Assembly: GCA_016839555.1 (NCBI GenBank) | Contig: JAEOUA010000003.1 | Span: forward strand, 192,001 to 256,000 | Source: Promethearchaeota archaeon | GTDB taxonomy: Archaea; Asgardarchaeota; Lokiarchaeia; Sigyniarchaeales; SOKP01 | Length of the DNA stretch: 64,000 nucleotides | Direction of reading: 5' to 3' | Part shown: piece after piece, positions 39,208 to 49,392 of the stretch | How the letters are laid out: every line of letters begins with the position of its first letter | Position numbering within the stretch: the stretch's first letter is position 1 | Notes under the pieces: generated by a model | What the model saw: only the letters and a program-made list of their open reading frames with translations | Told to the model about the DNA's origin: nothing | Database searches by the model: none | Program-made: the position numbers and the translations under genes

Positions 39208-40365
39208 TTATGGTGAAATCAATTTTCCAATAAAAATGATAGTTTTTGTTTGAGAGTCTACTATCAAAAATATAAATGCATGATCAGCTTTGAAAATAGG
39301 AATCTTTCGCTGAGGAAGAGGGCCCTTTCCACGTTTTGTTATCATAGTCACAGCAGCAGCTTCAGTACCCTTTTCATTTACATCAACAAAGGCTTTATGA
39401 AGAATTTCACCAATATTTAGAAATAAATTTTTAGAGATATCTATAATTCCCGAAAAATCTGCGACTGTTGTAAATGGAAGAGTAAGACCTAATTTTTTCA
39501 AATCCTTTTTAAGCTCATATTTAGTCTCCATTTTAAATTTAGGAATATAAATGTCTACTTCTTGTTTATATAATTGCTCTAAATGAGTAAATAAAAAATC
39601 TACTGATATTTTTTTTTCCAAATTTTTTAGTCTATATTTATCAGTAGGGAGAAATATAAACATAGAGTATCTTTCAATTTTCCCATATCTCTGATTACCC
39701 TTATAAGGCAATTCAAGTATTTGAAGATCTTTATTCTCAAAATAAGGAAATACATTAATTTGATGCATTAATAAAACAGGTGCAATCTCCCTGTTTTGAA
39801 GATAAAAATTTGTTTCTTGAGTCAAATTTTTATTAAAGCTAATATCCCATATCCCCTTAAAATAAATTACGTTTAGTAAAATTAATTTAATGGTTGGATC
39901 AAATTTTTGGGGTGAAATTATAGTTTTAATTTTGTTATATGTGTTTTTTTTTACCCATATATTGATTTTATTGCAAGTGTTCTCAATATTTTCAAAATTT
40001 TCTTTATAGAATGCACCATTGTAATTCTCTTCCATTAGATAGAGGAATGATTCAAGAATTTCATAATTATTATCTGCCCAAATAGAGTTAGCAATAGTAA
40101 CTTCAATATTTTTAATTTTTAAAAGTTTATCTACCAATTCTCTAATTTTAATAGGCACTTTTGTCTTATTGAGTGTTATATGAAGCCTATTCTTTAATTG
40201 TTCTTCTGTTTCATTTTTTGCTCCCATAAATATCATAGTTAGCGCTGTGAATATGCTTAAAGGTGAAATAAATAAGTTTTGATCAGTTTCTTTCAATTGA
40301 ATATATAAATCGATTGCAAACGCATTAATAGAATTAGAAATAGAAAATTGTCCAATACTTGACAT
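39208..40365 (-). CDS. Serpin (serine protease inhibitor)
   Basis: NLFISPLSI, LNVIYFKGIW, IPKFK, VNEKGTEAAA and FKADHAF. Confidence 0.93.
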   Translation of the reverse strand: MSSIGQFSISNSINAFAIDLYIQLKETDQNLFISPLSIFTALTMIFMGAKNETEEQLKNRLHITLNKTKVPIKIRELVDKLLKIKNIEVTIANSIWADNNYEILESFLYLMEENYNGAFYKENFENIENTCNKINIWVKKNTYNKIKTIISPQKFDPTIKLILLNVIYFKGIWDISFNKNLTQETNFYLQNREIAPVLLMHQINVFPYFENKDLQILELPYKGNQRYGKIERYSMFIFLPTDKYRLKNLEKKISVDFLFTHLEQLYKQEVDIYIPKFKMETKYELKKDLKKLGLTLPFTTVADFSGIIDISKNLFLNIGEILHKAFVDVNEKGTEAAAVTMITKRGKGPLPQRKIPIFKADHAFIFLIVDSQTKTIIFIGKLISP

Positions 40366-40609
40366 CTTTTTATTAATTCCTTTAATAGATTCTGGAATCT
40401 TTATAAAAATATTTTTTTAAATTTTTTAATAACTTTATATATATTAAAGATTTTGGTTTTTTGGCTATGTTATTAAAAAATGTGCTTATAATATTAACTG
40501 CAAATTTATTGTTCTCGATTCTTTTAAAATATATTAATTAAAAAATTTCGATCAGAATTTAGTAATTAGGTTAATTACAATCTCATATAACTTATTGATT
40601 AATTATAAA

Positions 40610-41548
40610 TTATATTTTATTTTCAATATCTTTTATTCTTGACCTTAAAGTGACTTCTGTAATTTTAGCAGTCTCGCTGATTTCCGTTTGGGTTTTATGA
40701 TCTTTGGTTTTTTTAGCGGCCATATAAATAGCACTTCCTGCTAATCCTTTTGGATCTTTTCCGGATCTGAATAATCCATTTCTAGAAGCTTTTATTAAGA
40801 TATGGAGTGCCTTTTTCTGTGTTTTCATTGATAATCCTAAATCATTGCAAAACTTGAATATAAGATGTTCTGCTCTAATTGGATTATATTTCAATCCCAT
40901 AACAGGGAGGATCTCCCTAACTATTAAACCTAAGGATTTATGCACTGTCCTTCTAGGGGTCATAGAAATTTCGCATACTTCTTCAAGCAAGCGAGGAAAT
41001 TCATGAATCCTGATAGCAGAATATAATGCTGCGCAAACAAATCCTTCTATTGAGCGTCCCATAGTTAGTCTTTTTTTTGCCACCATCGTGTAGATTTTCC
41101 ATGCTGTTTCTTTAATATATTCTGGGATATTCATTTTCGAACAAAGAATTTTTAATTTTGGTTTTGCTTCCCAGAAATTTCTTTCAATGCTAGAAACCAA
41201 AGAATTTTGAATCTTAGATAGCCGTGAAAATAAAGTCTTTCCTCTAGCACCAATTAATTTTCCATTAGAATCTTTTTTACTATTAGAGAGCATGGTTCTT
41301 GGTCCAAATTCTCTCCAACGTGGCTCTGTTCTACGCCTCTTCTCAATTTCTTCCATTGAATACGCTCTTCGCTCATTTTCAACCAGATTTTCTCCTATAA
41401 CAATACCACAGTTAATACAAACTATCTCTCCCCCCTTTTGTTTAAAAGAAGGATTGTTACAACATTTGGTTAATTCACTTCTCTCGTTATTTTTATTTAA
41501 AGATTCTTCATCTTCAACTCTTAAACGATCTCTATAGTTATATAACAA
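40610..41548 (-). CDS. tfb: Transcription initiation factor IIB (TFB) paralog
   Basis: GEIVCINCG zinc ribbon, two cyclin folds, GRSIEG, GKDPKGLA and TEVTLR. Confidence 0.92.
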   Translation of the reverse strand: MLYNYRDRLRVEDEESLNKNNERSELTKCCNNPSFKQKGGEIVCINCGIVIGENLVENERRAYSMEEIEKRRRTEPRWREFGPRTMLSNSKKDSNGKLIGARGKTLFSRLSKIQNSLVSSIERNFWEAKPKLKILCSKMNIPEYIKETAWKIYTMVAKKRLTMGRSIEGFVCAALYSAIRIHEFPRLLEEVCEISMTPRRTVHKSLGLIVREILPVMGLKYNPIRAEHLIFKFCNDLGLSMKTQKKALHILIKASRNGLFRSGKDPKGLAGSAIYMAAKKTKDHKTQTEISETAKITEVTLRSRIKDIENKI

Positions 41549-42133
41549 TTTTATGCCCCCTCTTTATAGATGCTAGCTTTTTCTATTAATTTTTAAAGAA
41601 TCATAATGAAAATAATGGATTCAATAATTTTATAAATTTAATTATTAATAATTTCAAATTTGCTTTAAATGAAAAAACCTATCATATATTTTTCATTTTA
41701 CGTCAATTTTTTAAATTATCACATTATTTAGCAATATAGGATTTGAGGTTGGTATTCACTTGAATGATTTTATTAAAAATTCAGTATATAAAATTATATA
41801 TGTGATCAATTTTATTTTCGTTAATCTTAAATGAGAATAGCATAATTATAAAACTTACTATTTATAAAGAACAATATAAGAAAATTATATTAAAAAAAGA
41901 GCTTAATGCTTCGATTTCGGATAAAATATAGGATAGGTTTGGAAATAATTCCACAATTTCTCTCGCTTATAACGTGTTTCACTTTTTTTTTTTTGCATTA
42001 TTAATTCTTCTGGCTTATAATTAAGATATAAAAATATAAAATCGATAAATTGATATAAAATCTATATTTTTTTCGTTTTTAATATTTATTTTAAGATGCT
42101 ATAAATAAGAAATAAGATATTAAGTTGCTTTCT

Positions 42134-43426
42134 CTAACTTTTATTGTTCATTAAAGGTAAAATTTGGGGTCCATTAGGCAATATTAATATTCTAGACTCT
42201 CCACCATGCTTTTTTAAACCTCTCAAAATCGCTTCTTCTACTGTTTTTGAATGTTTCAGACCAATATTCCCAAGTTCTCTTTTTTTAAGTTTAGAAATTA
42301 CATAAATTTCAGCTTTCATTAATATTCGTGCCAATATTTGAATCTCCCATTGGTCTGGCACATTAATCTCATTTTTTAAGATTTTTTTATGGATTTCTGC
42401 TGGTGAGAGAGACAAATTTATCAAATCTTTGAATTTTTCATGTCCGCTGCCTATGCCATCCGAACATTCATTTACTGATATTATTGTACCTCCATTCTTG
42501 ACGGCCATCTCTCCTATAGCCATACTCTTTACGGCTTGATATAGATTCAAATCCAAGGGATACCCTCCGTTCCCACATATAACAATATCATATGGTTTAT
42601 CAATTTTTTTAAAGACTTTTTTTAATTGGAAATTAACAAGATGTTTATGTGTCTCCTCTAAATTTCCAGCAGTAACTTTATTTATTTCATGGTTTTGATT
42701 AATGCAAACGTTTACAATAAAATCAACACCCACTTTTTTAGTAATTTCTATTGAATTTTTATGGATTGGATTATCCTCAAAAATTCCAAATCTTGCAAAT
42801 GGTGAAGCAATATTTTTTGCAGAATGATTGCCTTTTATGGTTTCATAGCCTGCAATTCCGGGGATTACTGATTTCCTACCTCCTGAGAATCCTGCAAAAA
42901 AGTGGGGTTCAACATAACCCGTGAGTATTTTTAAGTTTGCTGTATAGTAGTGTTTATTAATCCATATTGGAACTTCATCGCTATCAACCCCTAAATTTAT
43001 TAAATCATCTCTATTTGTAGCAATATGTCCAAATACTTCAATTCTTTTCCTAATTTCTTGACTTATAATTCTTTGCAATTCAGGTTCTCTACAAGAGCGA
43101 TGTAGTCCAGTAGCAATTAAAATGAGGATTTGATTATCACTGATTCCGTTTTCATTCAATTCTTTTATGAGAGCTTGAAGGATGAGGTGTGAAGGCACAG
43201 GCCTAGTTGCATCGGAAACAACAATACAGACTTTATTAATTGGTTTTTTTTGGTGAATAATATCTCTTAATACTGGTGACCCAATAGGATTATTAATTGC
43301 ATTTCTAATGGCTTTAATTGGTTCATGGATAGCTTCCTGATGTTTGGGATAAAAAATATCAACCTTCCAATCTGGCTGAAGTGAGATATCCAAGCCATTT
43401 TTACCATAATCGATTTTAACGTTCAG
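42134..43426 (-). CDS. larA: Nickel-pincer lactate racemase family protein; extended to a CTG start at 43426
   Basis: VSDATRP, ATGLHR, EPHFFAGFSGGRKS, GYPLD..LYQAVK and DQW; in-frame upstream LNVKIDYGKNGL. Confidence 0.88.
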   Translation of the reverse strand: MNVKIDYGKNGLDISLQPDWKVDIFYPKHQEAIHEPIKAIRNAINNPIGSPVLRDIIHQKKPINKVCIVVSDATRPVPSHLILQALIKELNENGISDNQILILIATGLHRSCREPELQRIISQEIRKRIEVFGHIATNRDDLINLGVDSDEVPIWINKHYYTANLKILTGYVEPHFFAGFSGGRKSVIPGIAGYETIKGNHSAKNIASPFARFGIFEDNPIHKNSIEITKKVGVDFIVNVCINQNHEINKVTAGNLEETHKHLVNFQLKKVFKKIDKPYDIVICGNGGYPLDLNLYQAVKSMAIGEMAVKNGGTIISVNECSDGIGSGHEKFKDLINLSLSPAEIHKKILKNEINVPDQWEIQILARILMKAEIYVISKLKKRELGNIGLKHSKTVEEAILRGLKKHGGESRILILPNGPQILPLMNNKS

Positions 43427-45168
43427 AATTCTCTCCTCTTATGAAGAATTTCTCTGGCTTTTTCAAATATATAGCAAGTATCAACACCAGAGGGACATAA
43501 TTCTTTACATAATCCACATAAAGTACATGCATGAAATATATCATTAATTAATCTATTTGGTTTTAAATCACCATAAACCAAACCGTTTAAGATGCTTAAA
43601 CGGCCCCTTGGGCTATATGCTTCAATAAAATAATTCATTCGAGACGGGCATAAATTTATACAGAACCCGCATCTCATACATCGTAATTCTAAAATTTTAT
43701 CTTCTTGATTTTTTAATTTTCTGGAGATTTTTATCGAGCTTAATTTTCTCTGATCCCCTTTCCCAATACCTGGATTTAGAATTTGATGTGGATCGAATAA
43801 TTTTTTAATATTATTCATTAAATCAACCACTTCAGAGCCATGCTCTAATTCAAGATAAGGAGTTTTAATTTTTCCAATTCCATGTTCACCCGTTAAAGTT
43901 CCCCCAGAAGGAATTATGATCTTTTTATAGAGAAAATCTATTGCTTTTTTAAAATCTTCTACATCTTCTGGGTTATTTTCATTAAACATAAATGTGGGAT
44001 GTAGATTTCCTTCCATATGACAGATCGTAGCAACTATTAAATTTTTAGCCCCAATTTTTTTTGGGAGGTCTTCTATTTTTTTTATAATACTATCAAATTG
44101 CGTTATTTTTATGGTACAATCTTCAACGCAAGTGGTGGGCATTAATCGTGATAATGCTGGAAGATTTGCCTTCCTTGCTAAAATCAATCTTTCTCTCTCC
44201 TTTTCATTGCTCGCAATTCTATGCAATATAGGATTATTAGTCATTATTTTCTCAAACATAAGATTAAAATCATTTTCTACTTCATCTTCAGAGTTTCCAT
44301 CGACTTCAGCAAGTAAAACATATCCATTCGGAAATTCCAAAAATTCTCCTCCTAAATAGTCTGTCACCGCTTTTAAAATCACTTTATCCATAAATTCAAG
44401 TAGATTAGGAACTATTCTTGTTGATCTTAGCTCAATAGCAGCATTTTTTAACTTTTTAATATCATCAAAAATAAAGAGTGCTAACTTTCGAAATTTGGGA
44501 TATGGTCTAATTCTTAAGCCAATTTTGGTTATAACACCGAGTGTTCCCTCAGAACCAATTATTAAATCTTTTAAATTATATGATGAGACAGATTTTAACA
44601 CGTCGGTGCCCAGATGAAGTATTTTACCATTGGGTAATACAATATCAAGAAAAAGGACATAATTCTTAGTAACACCATATTTAAAAGCTTGAATACCGCC
44701 TGCATTATTCGCAACCATACCGCCGAGGGTGGCTACTGAACTAGAGCCTGGGTCAGGCGGAAAAAAATATCCCAATTTTTTTAATTTATCATTCAAATCA
44801 TCGCATATAACCCCAGGTTGGACTACTACTAGATTATTTTCTATATCAATTTTTAGTATTTTATTCATTTTAGTTAAGTCTAACACAATTCCCCCAAATG
44901 GTGTCATTGGACCTCCAGATAAACTTGTACCATTCCCTCGTGGGATAATTGTAATCAATTCTTTATCTGCAAGTATTAATATCTCAGAAATCTGATTATC
45001 TGTTTCAGGCGTGAGGATTAAATCGGGAATCCAATCTCGTTCAAATAAAGTTCCTCCAAATGCATATGTCCATCTTATTTCGAATTCATCATAGAAATTA
45101 GTTTCTCCCACAATTTGTTTAAATTCTTCTTTTAAATCAGGGTTGAGTTCTGAATAACCATGGCTCAT
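43423..45168 (-). CDS. FAD-linked D-2-hydroxyacid (D-lactate/glycolate) dehydrogenase with C-terminal 2x[4Fe-4S]
   Basis: PRGNGT, FPPDP, GSEGTLG, GNLHP and GEHGIG; CMRCGFC..CP and CTLCGLC..CP. Confidence 0.88.
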   Translation of the reverse strand: MSHGYSELNPDLKEEFKQIVGETNFYDEFEIRWTYAFGGTLFERDWIPDLILTPETDNQISEILILADKELITIIPRGNGTSLSGGPMTPFGGIVLDLTKMNKILKIDIENNLVVVQPGVICDDLNDKLKKLGYFFPPDPGSSSVATLGGMVANNAGGIQAFKYGVTKNYVLFLDIVLPNGKILHLGTDVLKSVSSYNLKDLIIGSEGTLGVITKIGLRIRPYPKFRKLALFIFDDIKKLKNAAIELRSTRIVPNLLEFMDKVILKAVTDYLGGEFLEFPNGYVLLAEVDGNSEDEVENDFNLMFEKIMTNNPILHRIASNEKERERLILARKANLPALSRLMPTTCVEDCTIKITQFDSIIKKIEDLPKKIGAKNLIVATICHMEGNLHPTFMFNENNPEDVEDFKKAIDFLYKKIIIPSGGTLTGEHGIGKIKTPYLELEHGSEVVDLMNNIKKLFDPHQILNPGIGKGDQRKLSSIKISRKLKNQEDKILELRCMRCGFCINLCPSRMNYFIEAYSPRGRLSILNGLVYGDLKPNRLINDIFHACTLCGLCKELCPSGVDTCYIFEKAREILHKRREF

Positions 45169-45224
45169 TATAACAATCTAAATTTAATTAAATATCCTAT
45201 CTAAAAAATCTTAATTGATTTAAA

Positions 45225-46109
45225 TTATAATGTTTTAAATTCTGAATTATTAAAACCAAGATTTTTCAGAATATCTACGGCACCTCCAATTATTTCCCTC
45301 ATAAATTCCTCCATACTAAGGATTTTTTCGCTGTGTCCGGAGGCAGGACTCCATATACTTTTATCCTTTAATTGAAAATGATAGATTTGCTTATAATACT
45401 CCTCATCAAAAATATCTTGATTTATAAGCCGGTTTTTAAAACTTTCAGGTGCGGGACATTCTTTTGTGGCCATTATTGCGGTTCCAAAACACACTGCTTC
45501 AGCACCCATAGTTAATGCTGCTAAAAAGCCTCTTGCATCACCGAATCCTCCAGCTGCAATTATCGGGATATTCAAAAGTTTTTTTCCTATTGTTATATTA
45601 ATTAAACTCGTTTGCTGATTAGGATTTTTAAATCCAGTACCTTCAAGACCGACTAAAGTAACAGCATCAGCTCCATCTTTTTCTGCTGAAATTGCATGAG
45701 GAATTGTAGAGCATTTATGGAACCAATAATAACCTTTTTTATGTACGAGATCTCCAAGCTTATTTGCTTTATAAGCGGATGTCGTAAAAAATTTTACTCC
45801 ATGATCAATTGCTAAATTTATATATTCAATATAAGTGTCTTCCGTTCTTGCATTTGGATTTTTTTCTGCCATCATGGGAGGTGCCACAGTTAAATTGATT
45901 CCATAAGGTTTTGTTGTTAGTTTTTCCATTAATTCTAATTCTTCCCTAAATTTCTTAAGGTTAGAAAAGTTCAATGCTGTTATTATTCCTAATCCTCCCG
46001 CATTAGAAAAAGCAGCTGCGAATTTTGCCCTTCCAATACCTGCAAATGCTCCCATGACAACTGGATATTTAACTCCCGTAATTTTAGTAATCTTAGTAGT
46101 CCATTTCAT
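45225..46109 (-). CDS. Nitronate monooxygenase / FabK-like FMN oxidoreductase
   Basis: SNAGGLG, KPYGIN, IAAGGFGDARG and MGAEAVCFGT. Confidence 0.8.
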   Translation of the reverse strand: MKWTTKITKITGVKYPVVMGAFAGIGRAKFAAAFSNAGGLGIITALNFSNLKKFREELELMEKLTTKPYGINLTVAPPMMAEKNPNARTEDTYIEYINLAIDHGVKFFTTSAYKANKLGDLVHKKGYYWFHKCSTIPHAISAEKDGADAVTLVGLEGTGFKNPNQQTSLINITIGKKLLNIPIIAAGGFGDARGFLAALTMGAEAVCFGTAIMATKECPAPESFKNRLINQDIFDEEYYKQIYHFQLKDKSIWSPASGHSEKILSMEEFMREIIGGAVDILKNLGFNNSEFKTL

Positions 46110-46280
46110 TTTTATATAATATAGAGATTCTAGGTAAAAATAATTGATTTTGAAAAAAATAATTTTCTAATTTTAATTTTCATTTTAGCTTAAAAAAATC
46201 TGATTTAGATCTTATAGGACAAAAATTTTTAATTTAGGAATAGTATTTAATTAATACTAAAAAAATATGATGGCTTCTTC

Positions 46281-46697
46281 ATGAGTAAAGTTCTGCAAGA
46301 TATCTACATTCTTACTGATTCCGGTACAACTATATGGAGTCGAGTTTTTGATCCAAAAATTAACGCACAAATGTTTGGAGCAGTAATGAGCGCCATCAAT
46401 AAATTTGCAGAACAAATTACTGAATCTGGTATAACAAATTTTGAATTAATTAAGAAACAATTTGTTATAATAAAAAAGAAAGATCTATTATTTATTGGAA
46501 ATGCTGGAAACAAAGTTAAACAAAAGAAGGTTAAGAATGAATTAAACCGAATCTCTGAAAAATTTTTTGAATTATATTCAGATCAATTACACCGAATTAA
46601 AAAATTTGGTGACATCTCTTTATTATCTGATTTTGAAGACCATATTGAGCCCTCTTTAGAAGATACTATTAATAAATTTCAAAAAGCTTTTTGGTAA
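46281..46697 (+). CDS. Longin-like domain protein (eukaryotic signature protein candidate)
   Basis: IYILTDSGTTIWSR beta-hairpin, MFGAVMSAINKF helix, three strands, L..I...F..Y helix. Confidence 0.6.
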   Translation: MSKVLQDIYILTDSGTTIWSRVFDPKINAQMFGAVMSAINKFAEQITESGITNFELIKKQFVIIKKKDLLFIGNAGNKVKQKKVKNELNRISEKFFELYSDQLHRIKKFGDISLLSDFEDHIEPSLEDTINKFQKAFW

Positions 46698-46994
46698 ACC
46701 GCGCTTTTATTATTTTTGGACGCAATTTTTAAAATTATATTTATATAGAAATTTAATAGTATGAAATTGATATATAGAAAAAAACAATGGAATAAAATAG
46801 TGAAAGAAAATGCTAATTTAGAGATTTTATATTTTCTTCTGAACCAAGGTTAATTCTCGTCCTTTTTTAAAAGAAGATAATAAGAAATCTTGTCAATAAT
46901 ATTTTTAAGGATTTTGGCTTTCTGTATTTATAATATGTTTATAAAAAATCTTAACATATAATTCAATAAGAGAAGAAAAATTAGAAAAACTATC

Positions 46995-47606
46995 ATGAAT
47001 ATAAACTCTAAAAAGCATTTGAAATTTAAAATTGTCGTAGCAGGGTCTAAAAATGTGGGAAAATCAAGTCTGATTCGCCGATATGCTACAGGAAAATTTG
47101 AATCAGACCTTCTTAGCACAATAGGAGTAGACTTTGAAACTAAAAGAGTTCAAGTAAGTGATATGGATATTCTTTTGAACATTTGGGACTTTGCAGGTGA
47201 GGAAAAGTTCAGAATATTATTCCCTGCTTATGTATCTGGAGCATCTGGAGCGATCTTACTATATGATATTACAAATCAGGATTCTTTATCTGATTTAGAT
47301 GATTGGATGGAAGTTATAACTTCAGTTCCAAATAGTCCTAAAACTTTAATATTAGTTGAAGCAAAGGTTGATTTGGAGCATAAACGGGAAGTTATGAGAG
47401 AAGAAGGAGAATATTTTTTTAATAAGCATAATTTTAAAGGAAAATTGTTAGGTACTTCTTCTAAGACCGGTAAAAATGTTGAAAAGGTCTTTAAATTGAT
47501 GGGAAGAGAAATCATAAAAAATAGTCTAAATAAATGTCAGAATTGTGGAAATTATTACCCCATAGAGCAAAAGTTCTGCCAATACTGCGGTAAAAAAACT
47601 CAATAA
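46995..47606 (+). CDS. Rab/Ras-like small GTPase with a C-terminal zinc ribbon
   Basis: GSKNVGKSS, TIGVDF, WDFAGEEKF, AKVD and TSSK; CQNC...CQYC. Confidence 0.9.
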   Translation: MNINSKKHLKFKIVVAGSKNVGKSSLIRRYATGKFESDLLSTIGVDFETKRVQVSDMDILLNIWDFAGEEKFRILFPAYVSGASGAILLYDITNQDSLSDLDDWMEVITSVPNSPKTLILVEAKVDLEHKREVMREEGEYFFNKHNFKGKLLGTSSKTGKNVEKVFKLMGREIIKNSLNKCQNCGNYYPIEQKFCQYCGKKTQ

Positions 47607-47784
47607 ATTGAATTTCTCCCATTAAATATAAATAATTTATATTCAACATAGTTAAAGGTAAACAATCGTAATCATTTTCAATTACTAGGAATTATAGGAT
47701 AAATATAGAGTAGATTATTCTTTTTAAAAAATTTAAAATGAATTTAAAAATTTATTAAGGTAAAAAAAATAGTACTGATTCAAA

Positions 47785-48852
47785 TTGAATTATAGTTTTC
47801 AAGAAGATGTAAAAGAGATAATTTCTAGATTAAAAGAGGATAATATCTCATTTAAAGATAAAACGATTTTAGTAACAGGTGGAGCCGGATTCCTTGGGTC
47901 GTGGGTATGTGATGTTTTAGTTGAGCAAGGAGCTTACTGTATATGTCTTGACAATTTATGTTCGGGATCCACCGAAAATATACAACATTTAATGGATAAA
48001 GATAATTTTAGGTTTATCAATCATGATATCTCTCAACCTATCTTTTTCGGCTACAGCCATCACCCAAACGGCGTTTGTATAGGGGATATTAAAAAGATAG
48101 ATATAATAATGCATATGGCCAGTAGAGCTTCTCCATTTGAATTTAAAGATCATCCCATTTCAATTTTGAAAAGCAATACCTTAGGAACAATGATTGCCTT
48201 AGGGATAGCAAAGGCACATAATGCATTATTCTTTTATACAAGCACTTCAGAAATATATGGAAATCCTCCTGATGAGGAAATACCCACCTCCGAGTCATAT
48301 TTCGGTCATGTAAACCCCTTAGGACCGAGGAGTTGTTATGATGAATCAAAAAGAGCTGGAGAGGCATTTATTAAAGCTTATGAACTTCAGCACGATATTA
48401 AAACAAAAATTGTGAGAATATTTAATACTTCGGGACCAAGAATAAGATATGGTCCTAAATTTGGAAGGGTTGTTCCCAATTTTATTCACCAAGCAATTAA
48501 TAATTTAGACATTACCGTTTTTGGCGATGGGTCGCAAACCCGCTCATTTACATATGTAATAGATGAAGTCGAAGGAATTTTGAAAATGGTTTATAATGAA
48601 AAAGCAATAGGAGAAGTAATAAATCTTGGAAATGATAAAGAATTTACTATTTTAGAACTGGCTAAAATAATTCTTGAGCTAACGGGCTCTGATTCGAAAA
48701 TTATATTTAAAACATTACCGATTGATGATCCGCAAAGAAGGTGTCCAGACTTAACTAAGGCAAAAAAAATTTTAAATTGGGAGCCAAAAACATCATTAAG
48801 AGAGGGCTTAAGAAAGACTATAGCTTATTTTAGAGATCAAAATAAACAATGA
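47785..48852 (+). CDS. UDP-glucuronate decarboxylase-like NAD-dependent epimerase
   Basis: TGGAGFLG, ASRASP, STSEIYG, GPRSCYDESKR, RIFNT and DDPQRR. Confidence 0.88.
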   Translation: MNYSFQEDVKEIISRLKEDNISFKDKTILVTGGAGFLGSWVCDVLVEQGAYCICLDNLCSGSTENIQHLMDKDNFRFINHDISQPIFFGYSHHPNGVCIGDIKKIDIIMHMASRASPFEFKDHPISILKSNTLGTMIALGIAKAHNALFFYTSTSEIYGNPPDEEIPTSESYFGHVNPLGPRSCYDESKRAGEAFIKAYELQHDIKTKIVRIFNTSGPRIRYGPKFGRVVPNFIHQAINNLDITVFGDGSQTRSFTYVIDEVEGILKMVYNEKAIGEVINLGNDKEFTILELAKIILELTGSDSKIIFKTLPIDDPQRRCPDLTKAKKILNWEPKTSLREGLRKTIAYFRDQNKQ

Positions 48853-48862
48853 ACTCATCTCA

Positions 48863-49390
48863 ATGTCAATTAAAGAAGAAGTATCATCTAAGGAAGATCA
48901 AGAAGCCAAAAAGGGCTTTAAACATTTTGGAAAAATATTAACTGTTTGCTTAATTGTAGGAATTTTAATTATCACTGGATTTATAATTTTCTATGCTATA
49001 AATCCAGAAAATCCTTATCATGTATATACTATCTTAAATGAAGATAAGCGGATGGAAGCTTATCCCATTAATGCCTCTGTTGGAGAAGATATTTATTTTT
49101 ATGTAGGGTTAGGAAATTATCTTGAAGAAAATTTAATATTTACTATACGAATTTCTAAAGGTGATAACACTACCATATTAACTCCATTTGGGACTTTAAA
49201 TGGAATTTATAATTATACAGCTGCTAATTTCATCTTAAGTCATGAAAGAATATGGATTTCAAATCAATTAAATATGTCATTCTATGAAACTGGAAAACGC
49301 ATAATTATAGCTGAGCTCTATGGAATTACAGCAGAATCGAAAGAATTTATTTATAACGTAGTTTTCTTACGAGTAAATGTAACACTTTAA
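48863..49390 (+). CDS. DUF1616-like membrane-anchored protein
   Basis: Single TM followed by Y.ILNE...AYP and a beta-rich domain. Confidence 0.5.
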   Translation: MSIKEEVSSKEDQEAKKGFKHFGKILTVCLIVGILIITGFIIFYAINPENPYHVYTILNEDKRMEAYPINASVGEDIYFYVGLGNYLEENLIFTIRISKGDNTTILTPFGTLNGIYNYTAANFILSHERIWISNQLNMSFYETGKRIIIAELYGITAESKEFIYNVVFLRVNVTL

Positions 49391-49392
49391 CT

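Noticed and set aside
41733-41942. Short repeat AATATAGGAT at ~41733 and ~41926
   Set aside because: Only about 10 bp in AT-rich DNA; not distinguishable from chance.
46761-46853. 30-codon ORF between the longin-like and Rab-like genes
   Set aside because: No SD or motif; expected by chance.
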